From the NCBI GenBank assembly GCA_964016885.1, contig OZ024762.1, forward strand, positions 6,758,001-6,822,000: a stretch of DNA of 64,000 nucleotides. The letters run 5' to 3'. Under the pieces are notes generated by a model. That model searched no databases and had not been told where the DNA came from. It saw nothing but the letters and a program-made list of their open reading frames with translations. Below, in pieces: positions 1 through 13,460 of the stretch; within the stretch, counting starts at the first letter, position 1; each line of letters starts with the position of its first letter. This stretch comes from Eledone cirrhosa (lineage: Eukaryota). The translations under genes were made by a program, and so were the position numbers.

Positions 1-308
1 TGGTCTGAGACTGTGTTGAAACTAAAGCTATTACATCAGAGATAGTCATTTTAGCCAGAGTTGTACATGTCTGGTCTGAGACTGTGTTGAAACTAAAGCT
101 ATTACATCAGAGATAGTCATTTTAGCCAGAGTTGTACATGTCTGGTCTGAGACTGTGTTGAAACTAAAGCTATTACATCAGAGATAGTCATTTTAGCCAG
201 AGTTGTACATGTCTGGTCTGAGACTGTGTTGAAACTAAAGCTATTACATCACAGATAGTCATTTTAGCCAGAGTTGTACATGTCTGGTCTGAGACTGTGT
301 TGAAACTA
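1..308. repeat. 71-bp tandem repeat (~4.3 copies, runs off window start)
   Basis: tggtctgagactgtgttgaaact... recurs at 1, 72, 143, 214, 285. Confidence 0.95.
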
Positions 309-1042
309 GTCATGAAAAGAGTCATTTTAGCCATTTAGGGAAATATACAAAAATGGTTTAACTTTATAATTATCATTTATTTCTTGGTGTCAACATTTTC
401 ATAAAAAGAAGCAAATACAAAAACAAAATTAAAGTGTGTGTATGTATGTATGTATGTATATATATGTGTGTGTGTGTGTGTTTGTGTGTGTTTCCGTAGA
501 TAAGGTAAAGGAAAGAAGATTAATCTATGTATAGTAGAGGGCTACTATACTTCAACTATGAAAGAGCATTAACACTAACTACCCTCAACTTATAATATGA
601 CCACATACATTTAGTTACACCCATAACTCACAGATAACCCATATTGATTATGATAACATACTTTTTGTTATACCTATAACACTTATATTATTACCACTTC
701 TTTCTTTCGTTATGCGTATATCCAGGTCTGTAAGTATATACATTTGATGAATCTATAAGACGCATCGAACACTCCTTCATTCTAAAGATATATTTGACAC
801 ACATATATAAATTCACATACATTTAATTATACTTACATATGATTTATATCCAATCTTGCTTCATCCCTACTTATAGCATCAAAAACTCCTTTTCTCTCTG
901 TAAATATACTTAACATATTCATAGATATGTATGAATATTTTTGAGGGCTAATATATTTACTTTTTCAAAGTACGGACTTACATGTGGATGTGTGTGTATA
1001 TACGCGCTTAGATGTATGTGAATACATTTTTTTGTACGCACG

Positions 1043-2085
1043 GTTTTATGTGTATATATGTATGTTTTATGAGTATATATGTATGTTTTATGTGTATATA
1101 TGTATGTTTTATGTGTATATATGTATGTTTTATGTGTATATATGTATGTTTTATGTGTATATATGTATGTTTTATGTGTATATATGTATGTTTTATGTGT
1201 ATATATGTATGTTTTATGTGTATATATGTATGTTTTATGAGTATATATGTATGTTTTATGTGTATATATGTATGTTTTATGTGTATATATGTATGTTTTA
1301 TGTGTATATATGTATGTTTTATGTGTATATATGTATGTTTTATGAGTATATATGTATGTTTTATGTGTATATATGTATGTTTTATGTGTATATATGTATG
1401 TTTTATGTGTATATATGTATGTTTTATGTGTATATATATGTATGTTTTATGTGTATATATGTATGTTTTATGTGTATATATGTATGTTTTATGTGTATAT
1501 ATATGTATGTTTTATGTGTATATATGTATGTTTTATGTGTATATATGTATGTTTTATGTGTATATATGTATGTTTTATGAGTATATATGTATGTTTTATG
1601 TGTATATATGTATGTTTTATGTGTATATATGTATGTTTTATGTGTATATATATGTATGTTTTATGTGTATATATGTATGTTTTATGTGTATATATGTATG
1701 TTTTATGTGTATATATGTATGTTTTATGTGTATATATGTATGTTTTATGTGTATATATGTATGTTTTATGTGTATATATGTATGTTTTATGTGTATATAT
1801 GTATGTTTTATGTGTATATATGTATGTTTTATGTGTATATATGTATGTTTTATGTGTATATATGTATGTTTTATGTGTATATATGTATGTTTTATGTGTA
1901 TATATGTATGTTTTATGTGTATATATGTATGTTTTATGTGTATATATGTATGTTTTATGTGTATATATGTATGTTTTATGTGTATATATGTATGTTTTAT
2001 GTGTATATATGTATGTTTTATGTGTATATATATGTATGTTTTATGTGTATATATGTATGTTTTATGTGTATATATGTATGTTTTT
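1043..2085. repeat. 21-bp minisatellite (gtatgttttatgtgtatatat)n, ~49 copies
   Basis: Direct reading; explains the MFYVYIC-type spurious ORFs. Confidence 0.97.
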
Positions 2086-2285
2086 GTGAAGGCTGAGTGG
2101 TAAGAGAATTGAACTCTCAATCGTGAGGTTGTGAGTTCGATTCCTGGACCGGGTGATGTGTTATGTCCCGGCCCGGCTGATGTATTTCACGTTGCTCCTT
2201 CTACCTGGAGTTGCGACCGATAGAAAGTACTAGCAATTGGAAAGACCAATGGAAACATTGTTTCCTCGGGTCCGATTTGACGAAA
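2086..2285 (+). mobile_element. tRNA-derived SINE (family C), degenerate
   Basis: A-box-like gagtggtaagag, B-box gagttcgattcc, then body gaccaatggaaacattgtttcc shared with other family C copies. Confidence 0.8.
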
Positions 2286-2470
2286 GTCAATCGACTGTCA
2301 TATGTATGTTTTGTACACATATATGTATATTAAATATGTATGTGTATATATATGTATATACTCATATAATATGGGTGTATATATATATCCTATATATGCA
2401 TATTTGGCCAAATGTGTATATGTATAGGTGTGTGTGTGTATATATATGTTTTTATGTATGTGTATGTATA

Positions 2471-3266
2471 TCATCATCATCACTGTTTTATGTCCATTCT
2501 TCGCCGCTAGCATGGGTTAGACGGGTTGTCCTGTTGTGGGCAATGCCAGGTCGGGTGACCTTGTCTTGCTCACATGGGAACTGATTCTGGCTTGATTTCT
2601 ACAGCTGGATGCCCTTCCTAACACCAACCTCATTTACAGTGAGTGCTGGGTGCTTTTTTGCTGTGGCACCTACATGTCCACTTTACAGTGTGGGCTGGGT
2701 GCTTTTTCATCACGACACCTCCACGACCACTTTGCAGTGTGAGGGGCTGGGAGCATATTGTCTATATGCTTCAGCTTTGGCTTGTACCCATGGGGGGGGG
2801 GTCTTCTGTATTACTGCGTCCTGTGTCATCACCTTTGAGAGGTTCAATTGGGCAAGGTCAGCTTTTATCACCCCATCCCAAGTCTTCCTGGGTCTCCCCA
2901 CTCCAAGGTTTCCATCGACCTTTAGTGCTCTGCACCTTTTTATGCAGCTGTCATCCTTCATACGCATCACATGTCCATACCAATGCAACATCCTCTTCTG
3001 CAGACAGCATTTGATTCCTCTTATGCTCAGTCTCTCTCTCAATTCATTTATGCTTTGCTGTTCGTGTATATTACTATTACACATCCATTGGAGCATGCAA
3101 GCTTCATTTCTTTCTAATCTACGAAAATCTTCTTCACACACACCCAGGTCTCACTGCATTTCATTTTGAGGGAGAAGCCTTTTGCAGTTAGCATCCCGTT
3201 CTTACCCTGGTTACTGTACTTTCAGAACACTTACCTCCACTGCTAATTTGGCCACCTAGGTAGCAG
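2471..3266 (-). mobile_element. RTE-clade LINE 3' fragment (RT end, C-terminus, 3'UTR, (GAT)n tail)
   Basis: Minus ORF ...MLQWMCN...LHWYGHVMRM...GRPRKTW...ADL typical of the RTE ORF C-terminus; (cat)n on + is the tail. Confidence 0.9.
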
Positions 3267-3494
3267 CATATTATTACTATTATATATATATAATAGTAAT
3301 AAATGGAAAATATATCACTATAGCATCATATTTATTTCATAATATATATTTCAAGGGTACTAAATTATAGTATGCTTTCATCAGATAAAATACAATATTT
3401 GATGTATAAGATAGTGACATACCCCAAAAATAGACTTCATACGGCCAATTTAAAATGGGTATGTACAATACAGTACAATATATATATACATATA

Positions 3495-3680
3495 TAATTG
3501 TTTCTACTTTTTGGCACAAGGCCAGCAATTATCCCAGTGTATTACTGGTACTTTTATTTTATCGACTCCGTAAGGATGAAAGGCAAAGTTAACCTCGGCG
3601 GGATTTGAACTCAGAATGGCAAGGGCCGTAACTCTATGCGTCAAAGCATGGCGTCCGACCCTCTACCGATACTGCCATAT
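3495..3680 (-). mobile_element. SINE family B copy
   Basis: Reverse complement of gagttcaaatcccgccgaggttaactttgcctttcatccttacggagtcgataaaa, a motif repeated many times in the window. Confidence 0.88.
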
Positions 3681-3734
3681 AATATTCTTTATTATGGCTA
3701 AGTGATGAGTCTTGTTACCCTGGAGTTTCACCTG

Positions 3735-4090
3735 TGCAGTGTTGTACAGTAATGTACAGTACTATACCATACTATGTTGTACTATACTATTCTGTATGTG
3801 TTGTACTGTACTATACAGTACTTTGCAATACTGTACTGTACTGTACTGTACTATACGGTACTTTGCAATACTGTACTGTGTTGTACTATACTATACGGTA
3901 CTTTGCAATACTGTACTATACTATACGGTACTTTGCAATACTGTACTGTACTGTACTATACTATACGGTACTTTGCAATACAGTAATGTACAGTACTATA
4001 CCATACTATGTTGTACTATACTATTCTATACTGTACTATACGGTACTTTGCCATACTGTACTGTACAGTACTTGTGTTGTGCTGTGCTCT
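3735..4090. repeat. (TACTG/TACTA)-based compound minisatellite
   Basis: Pentamer runs with recurring ctatacggtactttgcaata. Confidence 0.9.
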
Positions 4091-4265
4091 GCTATCACTT
4101 GAAACATCATTACATATCACAGCCCCCTGCTGAGTTTTAAGGGAGAGCTAATAATGATGTTTATCTCCGGAACAGATAACAAGCAGAGCACACACACACA
4201 CACACCTCTCTCTCTCTCTCTCTTTCCTGTCAATCAGTTATCTCTTTGTTTCGTGTCTAGTAATG

Positions 4266-4269
<4 letters not shown>

Positions 4270-4344
<75 letters not shown>

Positions 4345-4812
4345 AGGAGACAGGATTGTGCACTGTAATGTTGTGTGGGAGGGAGAGAGGGAGAGAGTGA
4401 GAGACAGAATCATGCAATGCAATGTTGTGTGTGTGTCTGGGTGGGAGAGAGAGTGAGGCTGAGAGAAAAAGGGGGCAGAGAGAGAAAGAGATATGGGGGA
4501 GCCAGAGAGAGGGTGACAATGATTCTCAGTAGAGAGAGAGAGAGGGGGGGGGGAGAAAGAGATATGGGGGAGACAGAGAGAGAGGGTGACAACGATGCTC
4601 AGTAGAGAGAGAGAGAGAGGGGGAGAGAGAGATATGGGGGAGACAGAGAGAGGGTGACAATGATTCTCAGTAGAGAGAGAGAGAGAGGGGGAGAGAAAGA
4701 GATATGGAGGAGCCAGAGAGAGGGTGACAATGATTCTCAGTAGAGAGAGAGAGAGAGAGAGGGATAGAGAGATATGGGGGAGACAGAGAGAGAGGGAGAC
4801 AACGATGCTCAG
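4270..4812. repeat. (GA)n microsatellite plus GA-rich ~75-bp minisatellite
   Basis: Recurring gggtgacaatgattctcagtagagag...gatatggggg. Confidence 0.9.
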
Positions 4813-4962
4813 TTTAAGATCACCTTTTGATAACACTGTTGTTGTAAAAACTGACAGCCATGGCTTCACTTCAGTTGATATGTCTATAAACATTGCTGAC
4901 TCCCTAACTATGTTGAGTGTTGCTGTGTACACACACACACACATATATAGAGAGACATACAT

Positions 4963-5300
4963 ATGGCTTAGTGGTTAGAGCATTGGCCTTGCAATCGAAA
5001 GGTTGTGAGTTCAATTCTCAGACCGGGTGATGTGTTGTTTCCTTGAGCAAGACACTTTATTTCACATTGCTCCAGTTTACTCAGCTGTAGAAATGAGATG
5101 ATAGGGACTGGGGTCCCTATCATTCCACTGCAAAGTGGTCGTGGAGGGGCCACGGCAAGAAAGCACCCAGGACTCACTGTAAATGAGGTTGGTGTTAGGA
5201 AAGGCATCCAGCTGTAGAAATCAAGCCAGAATCAGTTCCCGTCCCCCCCTTGCAAGCAGGGAAAAGTGGACGTAAAATGAAATGATGATGATGATGATGA

Positions 5301-5303
<3 letters not shown>
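4963..5303 (+). mobile_element. Full-length tRNA/CORE-like SINE (family A) with RTE-derived tail B
   Basis: A-box tggcttagtggttagag, B-box gagttcaattct, CORE-like ccttgagcaagacacttt, tail cttgcaagcagggaaaagtggacgtaaaatg(atg)n. Confidence 0.88.
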
Positions 5304-5346
<43 letters not shown>

Positions 5347-5704
5347 AACGAGGGGAGAAGAATACTGCATGGTTGCACATGCATTACATATTATAAAATA
5401 AGTCCCTCATCAGTGATTTGCCAACCATCATTGGTATTTCATCGCGGGGAGGGTCATATTTGTGTAATATTGCCAGAATTAATAACAGAACACACTAAAT
5501 AAAGATGGCGTAGAAAATACAATGCAACAGGAGGAAACAATAGCACCACTGACGATGTTGCAGATGTGCAACGAAAGAACTTTGATAAACTATATATATG
5601 TGTTTGTGACTATATTGTATCTGTATTATTTTTGTATTATAAATCTCCCTGAGAATTATGTTAAGGGTACATGTGTCTCTGGAATGCTCAGCCACTTACA
5701 TGAT

Positions 5705-5890
5705 GGGTTAAGGTTAGGGCTAGGATTAGAGTTAGTGTCAGAGATAGGGTTAGGTTTACAGATTAGTATTAGTATTAGTGTTAGAGTTATGGTTAGGGTT
5801 AGGTTCAGGGTTAGTGTTAGGATTACGGTTAGGGTTAGGGTTAGGGTTAGGGCTACTGTTACAGATTAGTATTAGTATTAGGGTTAGGGT
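5705..5890 (+). repeat. Degenerate telomere-like (TTAGGG/TTAGTA) interstitial tract
   Basis: ggttagggttagggttagggttaggg core with variant hexamers. Confidence 0.8.
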
Positions 5891-5959
5891 TTGATGTTCA
5901 GTTGATTGGACAACTGAACATTCACTGTGGAAACTAACAAAGGATCCATCCATTAACAC

Positions 5960-6290
5960 CATCATATCATATCTTTTTCTATGAAGAGCATGATGTTACT
6001 CCTATGAAGGTCTAGCAGGTCACTGAAGAGGTTCTTTGTTACAGGAAGTTTCTTGGCTGTTTTAATGATGAGGCTTCAGTGCTATCATAAGGGTACAGAT
6101 CACACCTATATAGGTATACCTTGCCATATACAACGTTTTATGATATAGGTTTCTTTGCTATTTTAGTTATGGGACCCCCCACTCCATCTATGTAGGTGTA
6201 GCTGGCTGCTTTCAAAGGTTGTATCTCATAGGAGGTTTCACGGGTGTTTTAATGAAAGGAGCCCCAGTCCTTTCATCAAAAGCAGTTCGT
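5960..6290 (-). repeat. Degenerate copies of the ~100-bp SINE family D body unit
   Basis: Reverse complement similar to units at 51860-52340 (aaacctaca...tatcattaaaacac...aagaaac). Confidence 0.65.
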
Positions 6291-6580
6291 ATCATCACCG
6301 TTTTACGTCTGTTCTTCCACGCCAGCATGGGTTAGACGGGTTGTCCTGTTGTTGGCAGTAGCCGGTTGGCTGACCATGCCTTGTTCATATGGGAACTGAT
6401 TCTGGCTTGATTTCTACAGCTGGATGCCCTTCCTAACACCAACCTCATTTACAGTGAGTGCTGGGTGCTTTTTTTGCCATGGCACCTACACGTCCACTTT
6501 GCAGTGGAATGATATGGACCCCAGTCCCTATCATCTCATTTCTACAGCTGAGTAAACTGGAGCAATGTGAAATAAAGTGT
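6291..6580 (-). mobile_element. SINE family A, headless, with RTE tail A
   Basis: Same body as 4963-5303 but ending in ggacaacccgtctaacccatgc...aaacggtgatg. Confidence 0.85.
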
Positions 6581-6751
6581 ATATATTATATACCACTGGT
6601 AAATGAAATAATTATTGTATGTTGTTTATTACATAACTATATGTATATATATATAATAAATATGTATATATAATATATAATAAATATATATATATATATA
6701 TATAATGTATATGTATATATAATATATATATGATAGATATATAGATATATA

Positions 6752-6870
6752 TAACGAAGGAAGTATGGTAAGGAACCTGGTGGACCATATCGCACCAGAG
6801 TACTCAATACTTAGGGTAGTAGAGTGGGTAATAGGAAAAGAGTCAGGACCCCGATGGCTGAACTAACCCA
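6752..6870. repeat. TA-associated dispersed repeat (inverted copy at 24010-24121)
   Basis: gcaccagagtactcaatacttagggtagtagagtgggtaatagg matches the reverse complement of sequence within 24010-24121. Confidence 0.85.
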
Positions 6871-7109
6871 GTAGATATATAAATATATATATATTGGGAG
6901 GTGGAGAGAGAGAGAGAGAGTTATATATATATATATATATATTCAATAGAAAAGTACTTCAAAGACATTATCAAAAATTAACTAATTATATAGCCGACAT
7001 TTAATTGGTTAATAATGATTACTTTAAAAGATCTTAAATCTATAAACTTTGCATTCACCAGCCAATTAATTACAACAAACATATTTATATTTTCCTGTTA
7101 GAAGACAGT

Positions 7110-7830
7110 TTAACCCTTTTGATATGAAACTGCTTTAAACCAAGCATGATTCTATGATACAAAACCGTTTGATTTAAAGTGTTTATATTATTTAAATCTA
7201 AATTTTCAATTATAATATTATATAAGAAAATTTTGTGTTTCAAACTTGGGTTTACTAATGAAAATATTCTTAATGTCACTAAAACCTTACAAATTATCGA
7301 TTATTCTCAAAAATATTTGCAAAACATAGGCAGAGTTTTTCATTAGAAATATGGTAATGAAAGGATTAAACATAGACAGTGTCTTTCATTAGAAATATGG
7401 TAATGAAAGCGTTAAACATAGGCAGTGTCGTTCATTAGAAATATGGTAATGAAAGGGTTAAACATAGGTAGTGTCTTTCATTAAAAATATGGTAATGAAA
7501 GGATTACACATAGACAGTGTCTTTCATTAGAAATATGGTAATAAAAGGGTTAAACATAGGCAGTGTCTTTCATTAGAAATATGGTAATGAAAGGGTTAAA
7601 CATAGGCAGTGTCTTTCATTAGAAATATAGTAATGAAAGGATTAAACATAGGTAGTGTCTTTCATTAGAAATATGGTAATGAAAGGGTTAAACATAGGCA
7701 GTGTCATTCATTAGAAATATGGAAATAAAAGGGTTAAACATAGGCAGTATCATTAGAAATATGGTAATGAAAGGGTTAAACATAGGCAGTGTCATTCATT
7801 AGAAATATGGAAATAAAAGGGTTAAACATA
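7110..7830 (+). mobile_element. piggyBac-like MITE (family P2) followed by a tandem array of its 46-bp terminal unit (~11 copies)
   Basis: Begins ttaaccctttt; each unit ends gtaatgaaagggttaa; period 46 (7552, 7598). Confidence 0.75.
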
Positions 7831-7854
7831 AATGAGTTCCCAATTTTACATAAA

Positions 7855-8231
7855 CAGCATTCTGGAGCCTATGCCTGCTTCTGCAACTAATCATTTTGGC
7901 AATGATTATCTGTGAACCTTCCAACAGGATAGAGTCACCTCCCATCCAACAAATGTCACACAAACTTGGTGCAGAGACCATCTTCCAAGGTTCTGGTTCA
8001 AGAGAAATGTGGCCTCCTTGTTCATCTGATTCGAACCCTATGGACTTTTCAGAATGGTCTATCCTTGAAGAAAAAGCCTGTTAAATAGTCCATAAGACAG
8101 TCAATGATTTAAAAGCAACTTTACTGAGCGCTTGGAAAAATATGCCCCAAAAAGTGTTTTGCGCTTTGGTGAAAGATGTTCAACGGAGGTTAGAGGCTGT
8201 TATTGCTGCACAAGGGTCTCAGTTTCAATAA
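7855..8231 (+). pseudogene. Tc1/mariner maT (DD37D) transposase C-terminal relic
   Basis: Manual translation TFQQD-x37-D (WPPCSSDSNPMD) after removing one inserted T; ends ...RRLEAVIAAQGSQFQ*; internal stops. Confidence 0.85.
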
Positions 8232-8354
8232 ACTCTAAACATTATACTCTAAAGATATATATAATTACATATATATGTTGCTGGTCAATAAAGTTAATAG
8301 TTTTGTTATTAAAAGTATTTTTATTCGCTTCCAAACTTATGGCACTTGCGCGAG

Positions 8355-8812
8355 ATTGAGCAAGGGAGGTAATCATTGCAAAGTGAACACCTTAATCATG
8401 TGACCCCACTTCATTGGTGATTAAACAAGGGAGATAATCATTGTTAAACAAACATCTTAACCCTGAAGCCATCATGTGACCACCACTTCACTGGTGATTA
8501 AACAAGGGAGATAATCATTGTTAAACAAACACCTTAACCCTGAAGCCATCATGTGACCCCACTTCACTGGTGATTAAACAAGGGAGATAATCATTGTTAA
8601 ACAAACACTTTAACCCTGAGGCCATCATGTGACCACCACTTCACTGGTGATTAAACAAGGGAGATAATCATTGCTAAACAAACACCTTAACCCTGAGGCC
8701 ATCATGTGACCACCACTTCACTGGTGATTAAACAAGGGAGATAATCATTGCTAAACAAACACCTTAACCCTGAGGCCATCATGTGACCACCACTTCACTG
8801 GTGATTAAACAA
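8355..8812. repeat. 77-bp tandem repeat (~6 copies)
   Basis: atcatgtgaccaccacttcactggtgattaaacaagggagataatc..., period 77 (8701, 8778). Confidence 0.93.
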
Positions 8813-9142
8813 ACTAAAATATAACAAGTTCTATGACTTCATGTTCAGCTTTCCCACCCCTCCACACAGTGGTCTGCTATCCAATAACAATATTTTCATC
8901 ACAGAATATTGTGATTCCATGAAATATGACAATTATCAATAAATAAAGCAACAAAGACAAAAAACAAACAAAAGACATAAAATTCCATGGAAATATAGAT
9001 TATGAATAAAATTCTTAATAAACTTAGATATTTCTATAAATAACAGTCAGCCATTTGTGGGAAGATGAAACTTCAGGTCAATGGTACTCTACTGAATGTA
9101 ATACGCTGTGTAGGGGTCAATAGGCTTGTCTGTCTGGCTGTC

Positions 9143-9330
9143 GATTGGCAGTATTGGTAGAGGGTCGGACGCCATGCTTTGACGCATAGAGTTACGGCCC
9201 TTCCCATTCTGAGTTCAAATCCTGCCGAGGTTAACTTTGCCTTTCATCCCTATGGGGCCGATAAAATAAAGTACCAGTAATGTACTGGGTAATTGCTGGC
9301 CTTGTGACAAAAGTAGAAAAAATTATATTG
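9143..9330 (+). mobile_element. SINE family B copy
   Basis: gattggcagtattggtagagggtcggacgcc...gagttcaaatcc...gtagaaaaaattat. Confidence 0.88.
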
Positions 9331-9479
9331 TTAAGGAGTTCACTTCGCAACCATGTTGTTCTGGGTTCTGTCCCACTGCTTGACAGTACCTTCATTCTAC
9401 TATAGCTCCAGGGTTGACCAATACCTTGTGCATGAAATTTGATAGATAGAAACTGCAGTTGCTTGTCATATATATATAT

Positions 9480-10620
9480 CATCATCATCATTGTTTAACA
9501 TCCATCTTCCACATTAGCATGGGTTAGATAGGTTTGTCCCATTTAGAGACAAGTTGGGTCGGGTGACCATGTCTCACTCATATAGGACTGTTTCTGGCTA
9601 GTTCTCTATGGCTGGATGCCCTTCCTAGCACCAACCACATTTACAGTGTGTGTTGGGTGCTTTTTACCGTGTCTTTTACATCACCCCTTTACAGTGTGGA
9701 CTGGATGCCTTTTTGTGATACTAACATAACTTTTTATACAGCTGTTGTCCTTCATACGCATCACATGACCATACTAACGCAACCTCCTCTCTAGTATATT
9801 GCATCTGATCCCTCTTATGCCTAATTTCTCACGCAGTTCGTTTATGCTTTGCTGTTCGTGTATATTACTATAACACATCCATCAGAGCATGCATGCTTCA
9901 TTTCTTTCGAATCTTCTTAGGTCCTCTGTGCACAGTGTCCAGGTCTCACTATCATGCAACATTGCTGTTTTCCCTTCAAATTAAGGAAAAAAAACCTTTT
10001 GTAGCTAACAGAGGTAGTAGTTCCCTGAACTTTCTCCATCCCGTTCTTACGCTGGCTACTGTACTTTCGGAACACCCTCCTCCACTGCAGATTACATAAC
10101 CCAAGTAACGGAAGTTGTCGACTATTTCTATAGATCTATTAGGGCAGTTAAAGGAGCTAGTATCCTGTTTACTTTTAGTTAGGTACTTTTCTTGCAGTTG
10201 TCTTACAAGGAAGAGGGCAGCTGCGGTACTTTTACCTGGCACAAATCCAAACTGCATTTCGTCAAAGTTAATTCGGTCCCTAATCAGCTGTGTGATAACT
10301 CTTTCTGTGACCTTCATGACCTGGTCAACCAACTTAATGCCTCTATAGTTTTCTCTGTCTAGAGCTTCTCCTTTGCTCTTGTAGCAGTTGATGATGATGA
10401 TGCTATGCCAGTCATTTGGTATGACACCATTTTGTATTACTTGGTTTACTATACAGGTGACTCTGGCATGTCCCATTATTACAGATGCTTTCAGCATCTC
10501 AGCAACTATCTCCAAGGGACCAGCTTCCTTGCCTGTCTTCATATCTTTGATTGCCTTTCTATACTATTACTAACCTGCACAGCTGGTCCCTCTGTAGGGT
10601 CAACTTCATGCAGACTGTTT
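9480..10620 (-). mobile_element. Internally deleted RTE LINE (RT N-terminal part fused to the post-core region)
   Basis: ORF 9976-10542: IPNDW...NYRGIKL...QFGFVPGKST...LQEK joined directly to VDNFRYLG; catalytic core absent; tail at 9480. Confidence 0.92.
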
Positions 10621-10909
10621 TATCCCATTCATTCTCCTCATTTAGTAGTCTTTCTTAGTGGCTCTTCCATGCTACGTTCTTTGTGAAGCCTCCAGCCCAT
10701 CAGTAAAGTGGTCATGATGGCGACACGACAAAAAGCGCCCAGTCCACACTGTAAAGTGGTTGTGTAGGAGTCATGACAAAAAGCACCCAGTACTCACTGT
10801 AAATGAGGTTGGCACTAGGAGGGCATCCAGCATGGCCCCAATCAAGTGACTGAGACCAGTAAATGAGTAATAATGAAAATCCATCAAACTTCTTCAAACT
10901 CACAAGCAT

Positions 10910-11145
10910 TGTCTTTCATTAGAAATATGGTAATGAAATGGTTAAGTGTTTATATTTATTTAAAAAAATCTTCCATCATATATCTGTAAGAACATTTATT
11001 AAGTTATGTTCCAAATACCAGCTAAATAATGAGAAAGTTATATATTAATATATATATTAATAAATCCATTAAAATTCTTGATTATTTTCAAAATTATTTG
11101 AAACATATTAAGAATGTTTTTTATTAGAAATATGGTCACAAAATA
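10910..11145 (+). mobile_element. MITE family P2 remnant
   Basis: One 46-bp terminal unit plus body aagttatgttccaaa...aatgagaaagtta matching the 188-bp unit at 57923-58492. Confidence 0.65.
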
Positions 11146-11744
11146 TATAATTCCCAAGAAATTGTGATACATCTGATTCTCCGCCTACCCACTTCCATTC
11201 AGCAAGAATCTTTAGATATATGCCACCATGACATCCTTAACATTGTCATGAGAATTAATGGAAGCTAGGAAGAAAAGATAGTGGATGAAAGTTAAATTAA
11301 TATAGATGAAAGGAAATGTCCTAATTATAGAATTGTTCAATGTCAAGTGTCAAATTGGAGAACATGTCTGTTGAGCCACCAGTGAGACTTGAGGTCTCAA
11401 CAGTTCTAACCTAGAAAACTGCAGATAGCAACAGAACTAATGGTGGTGATCTCTCAATTTTTTTTTTCCAGCATCTAGCTGCAGAAAACTTGCCAAACAG
11501 CCAAGAGGACTCTTCAGTTTAGTCAGACATAAATGACAACTTCTTCCCCAAGTCATGGTGCCATGATAAAATGCATCCAATACACTCTGTAGGCTTTGGA
11601 AATTCGGCTCCAGGCCCATCTAAGAGGCCAGTAGCTCTGATAAAATACTGTCTTTGTATGTGATAACAGGTCCAAATTTTGCTAACAGGGAAAACAGGTG
11701 GCGGTGGAAGAAGAAGAAAAAGATGATGATGATGATGATGATGA

Positions 11745-12205
11745 GTTGGAGGAGTGCTGGGTTCACTATCATAAGGTCACGGATTTGGTTCCTGGACTGG
11801 GCAATATGTTGTGTTCTTGAGCAAGATATTTCATTTTATGTTTCCTTTCATGACAGAACTGAAGCCCCTATCGTTAAAACACTCAAGAAACCTCCTATGA
11901 GATACAACCTAACATGAGGCCAACTAAACCTGCATAAGCATGAACTGTAACAATATGATAAGAGTGTGGAGACCCTATTATTAAAACACTCAAGAAACTT
12001 TGAATAAGATACAACCTAACAGAAGGCCAGCTAAACCAGCATATGTCTGAGGTGTAACGACGACAACAACATGATTGGATTAGGTTGCCCTATCATTAAA
12101 ACACCCAAGAAATCTCCTATGAGATGCAACCTCGGAGGAAGCCATAAGTGTGAGGTGAGTGGTAACATGATAGGATTTGGCGCACGATCATTAAACACCC
12201 CAGAA
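11745..12205 (+). mobile_element. SINE family D (tRNA/CORE head plus tandem ~100-bp body units)
   Basis: Head ...ttcctggactgggc...cttgagcaagat then repeated ctatcattaaaacac..aagaaac...caacctaac units. Confidence 0.75.
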
Positions 12206-12454
12206 TCTTGAGGTTGGCAGTCTCCAGGGTTCTGACATAAAAGTCTGCTGATATCAACAGAACTAAAATTGGTAATCAGCCAATTTGAACAAGCAGTTCA
12301 TTGGCTAAGCTCTGTGTCATTATTTTTCTTGTCTGTCCATTCCTAAGAGACAAACACATTTAAAGAAATGATTTTTAGCTTCTAACCAAATTGTCGGTAG
12401 TTTCATGGCGAGATATTTCATTAAGACGTTTATACTTTAAGATACATACAGACG

Positions 12455-13204
12455 TGTGTTGTTGTTGTTGTTGAGGTTGTTGCTGTTGCTGATGTTGTTG
12501 TTGCTGTTGATACAATGAAACACACACACATAAACACAAATACATGCACACACTGTGAACACACATACACAAACAAGCACACACAGCAGACACACACACA
12601 TGCACCCCCAACCTCACTGCCACACACAAGCTCCCCCCCCCCCCACACACAAACAAGCACACGCACATACACACAGACAGACACGCACACATACACCCCC
12701 AACCTCACTGCCACACACAAGCCCCCCCCCACACACACACAAACAAGCACACGCACGCACATACACACACACATACACCCCCAACCTCACCACCACACAC
12801 AAGCCCCCCCCCCCACTCACACAAACAAGAAACAAGCGCACACACACATACACACACAAACAGACACACACATAAATATGCAAGTAGTTCAATTTTGAAG
12901 AATATATCAAGTCCAAAATCTGGAGCTGAAAAAATCAACAGTAAAGTAAAAGAAGCTTAAACTGGGAACATATCCTGTGATGAGTAATTAAGAATTAATG
13001 AATGCATCTTTTTATAGACATACTTATTGCCCGTTTCCTTTTTTAAAATTATATATACATACATACATACATATATATATATATATACACACACACATAT
13101 ATATATATACACACACACATATATATATACACACACACATATATATATATATACACACACACATATATATATATATATACACACATATATATATATATAT
13201 ACAC

Positions 13205-13237
<33 letters not shown>

Positions 13238-13460
13238 TATATATACACACATATATATATATACACACACACACACACATATATATATACACACACATTT
13301 ATATATATATATACACACACACATATATATATACACACACACATATATATACACACACACATATATATATATATACACACACACACACATATACACACAC
13401 ATACACACACACACACATACACATATATACACATATATATATATATATATATACATTTAT
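12455..13460. repeat. Compound (TTG), (CA)/C-run and (TA)(CA) microsatellite block
   Basis: Direct reading. Confidence 0.9.

Noticed and set aside
495-600. Possible Penelope GIY-YIG C-terminal remnant (GKKINLCIVE)
   Set aside because: Too short and degenerate to support without a database search
984-2120. Long ORFs (198-363 aa)
   Set aside because: Read-through of a stop-poor 21-bp minisatellite; the same applies to the [12 protein letters not shown] and LSLS ORFs throughout the window
2090-2150. tRNA gene
   Set aside because: A and B boxes are present but there is no complete cloverleaf and it continues into a SINE body; the same holds for all other heads
3226-3240. Other AG|GTAAGT matches on minus (also ~26560)
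   Set aside because: Inside RTE or minisatellite sequence and lacking a polypyrimidine tract
12880-12965. Strong minus-strand acceptor (also one near 16368)
   Set aside because: No convincing downstream donor or coding frame; such tracts are common in AT-rich DNA
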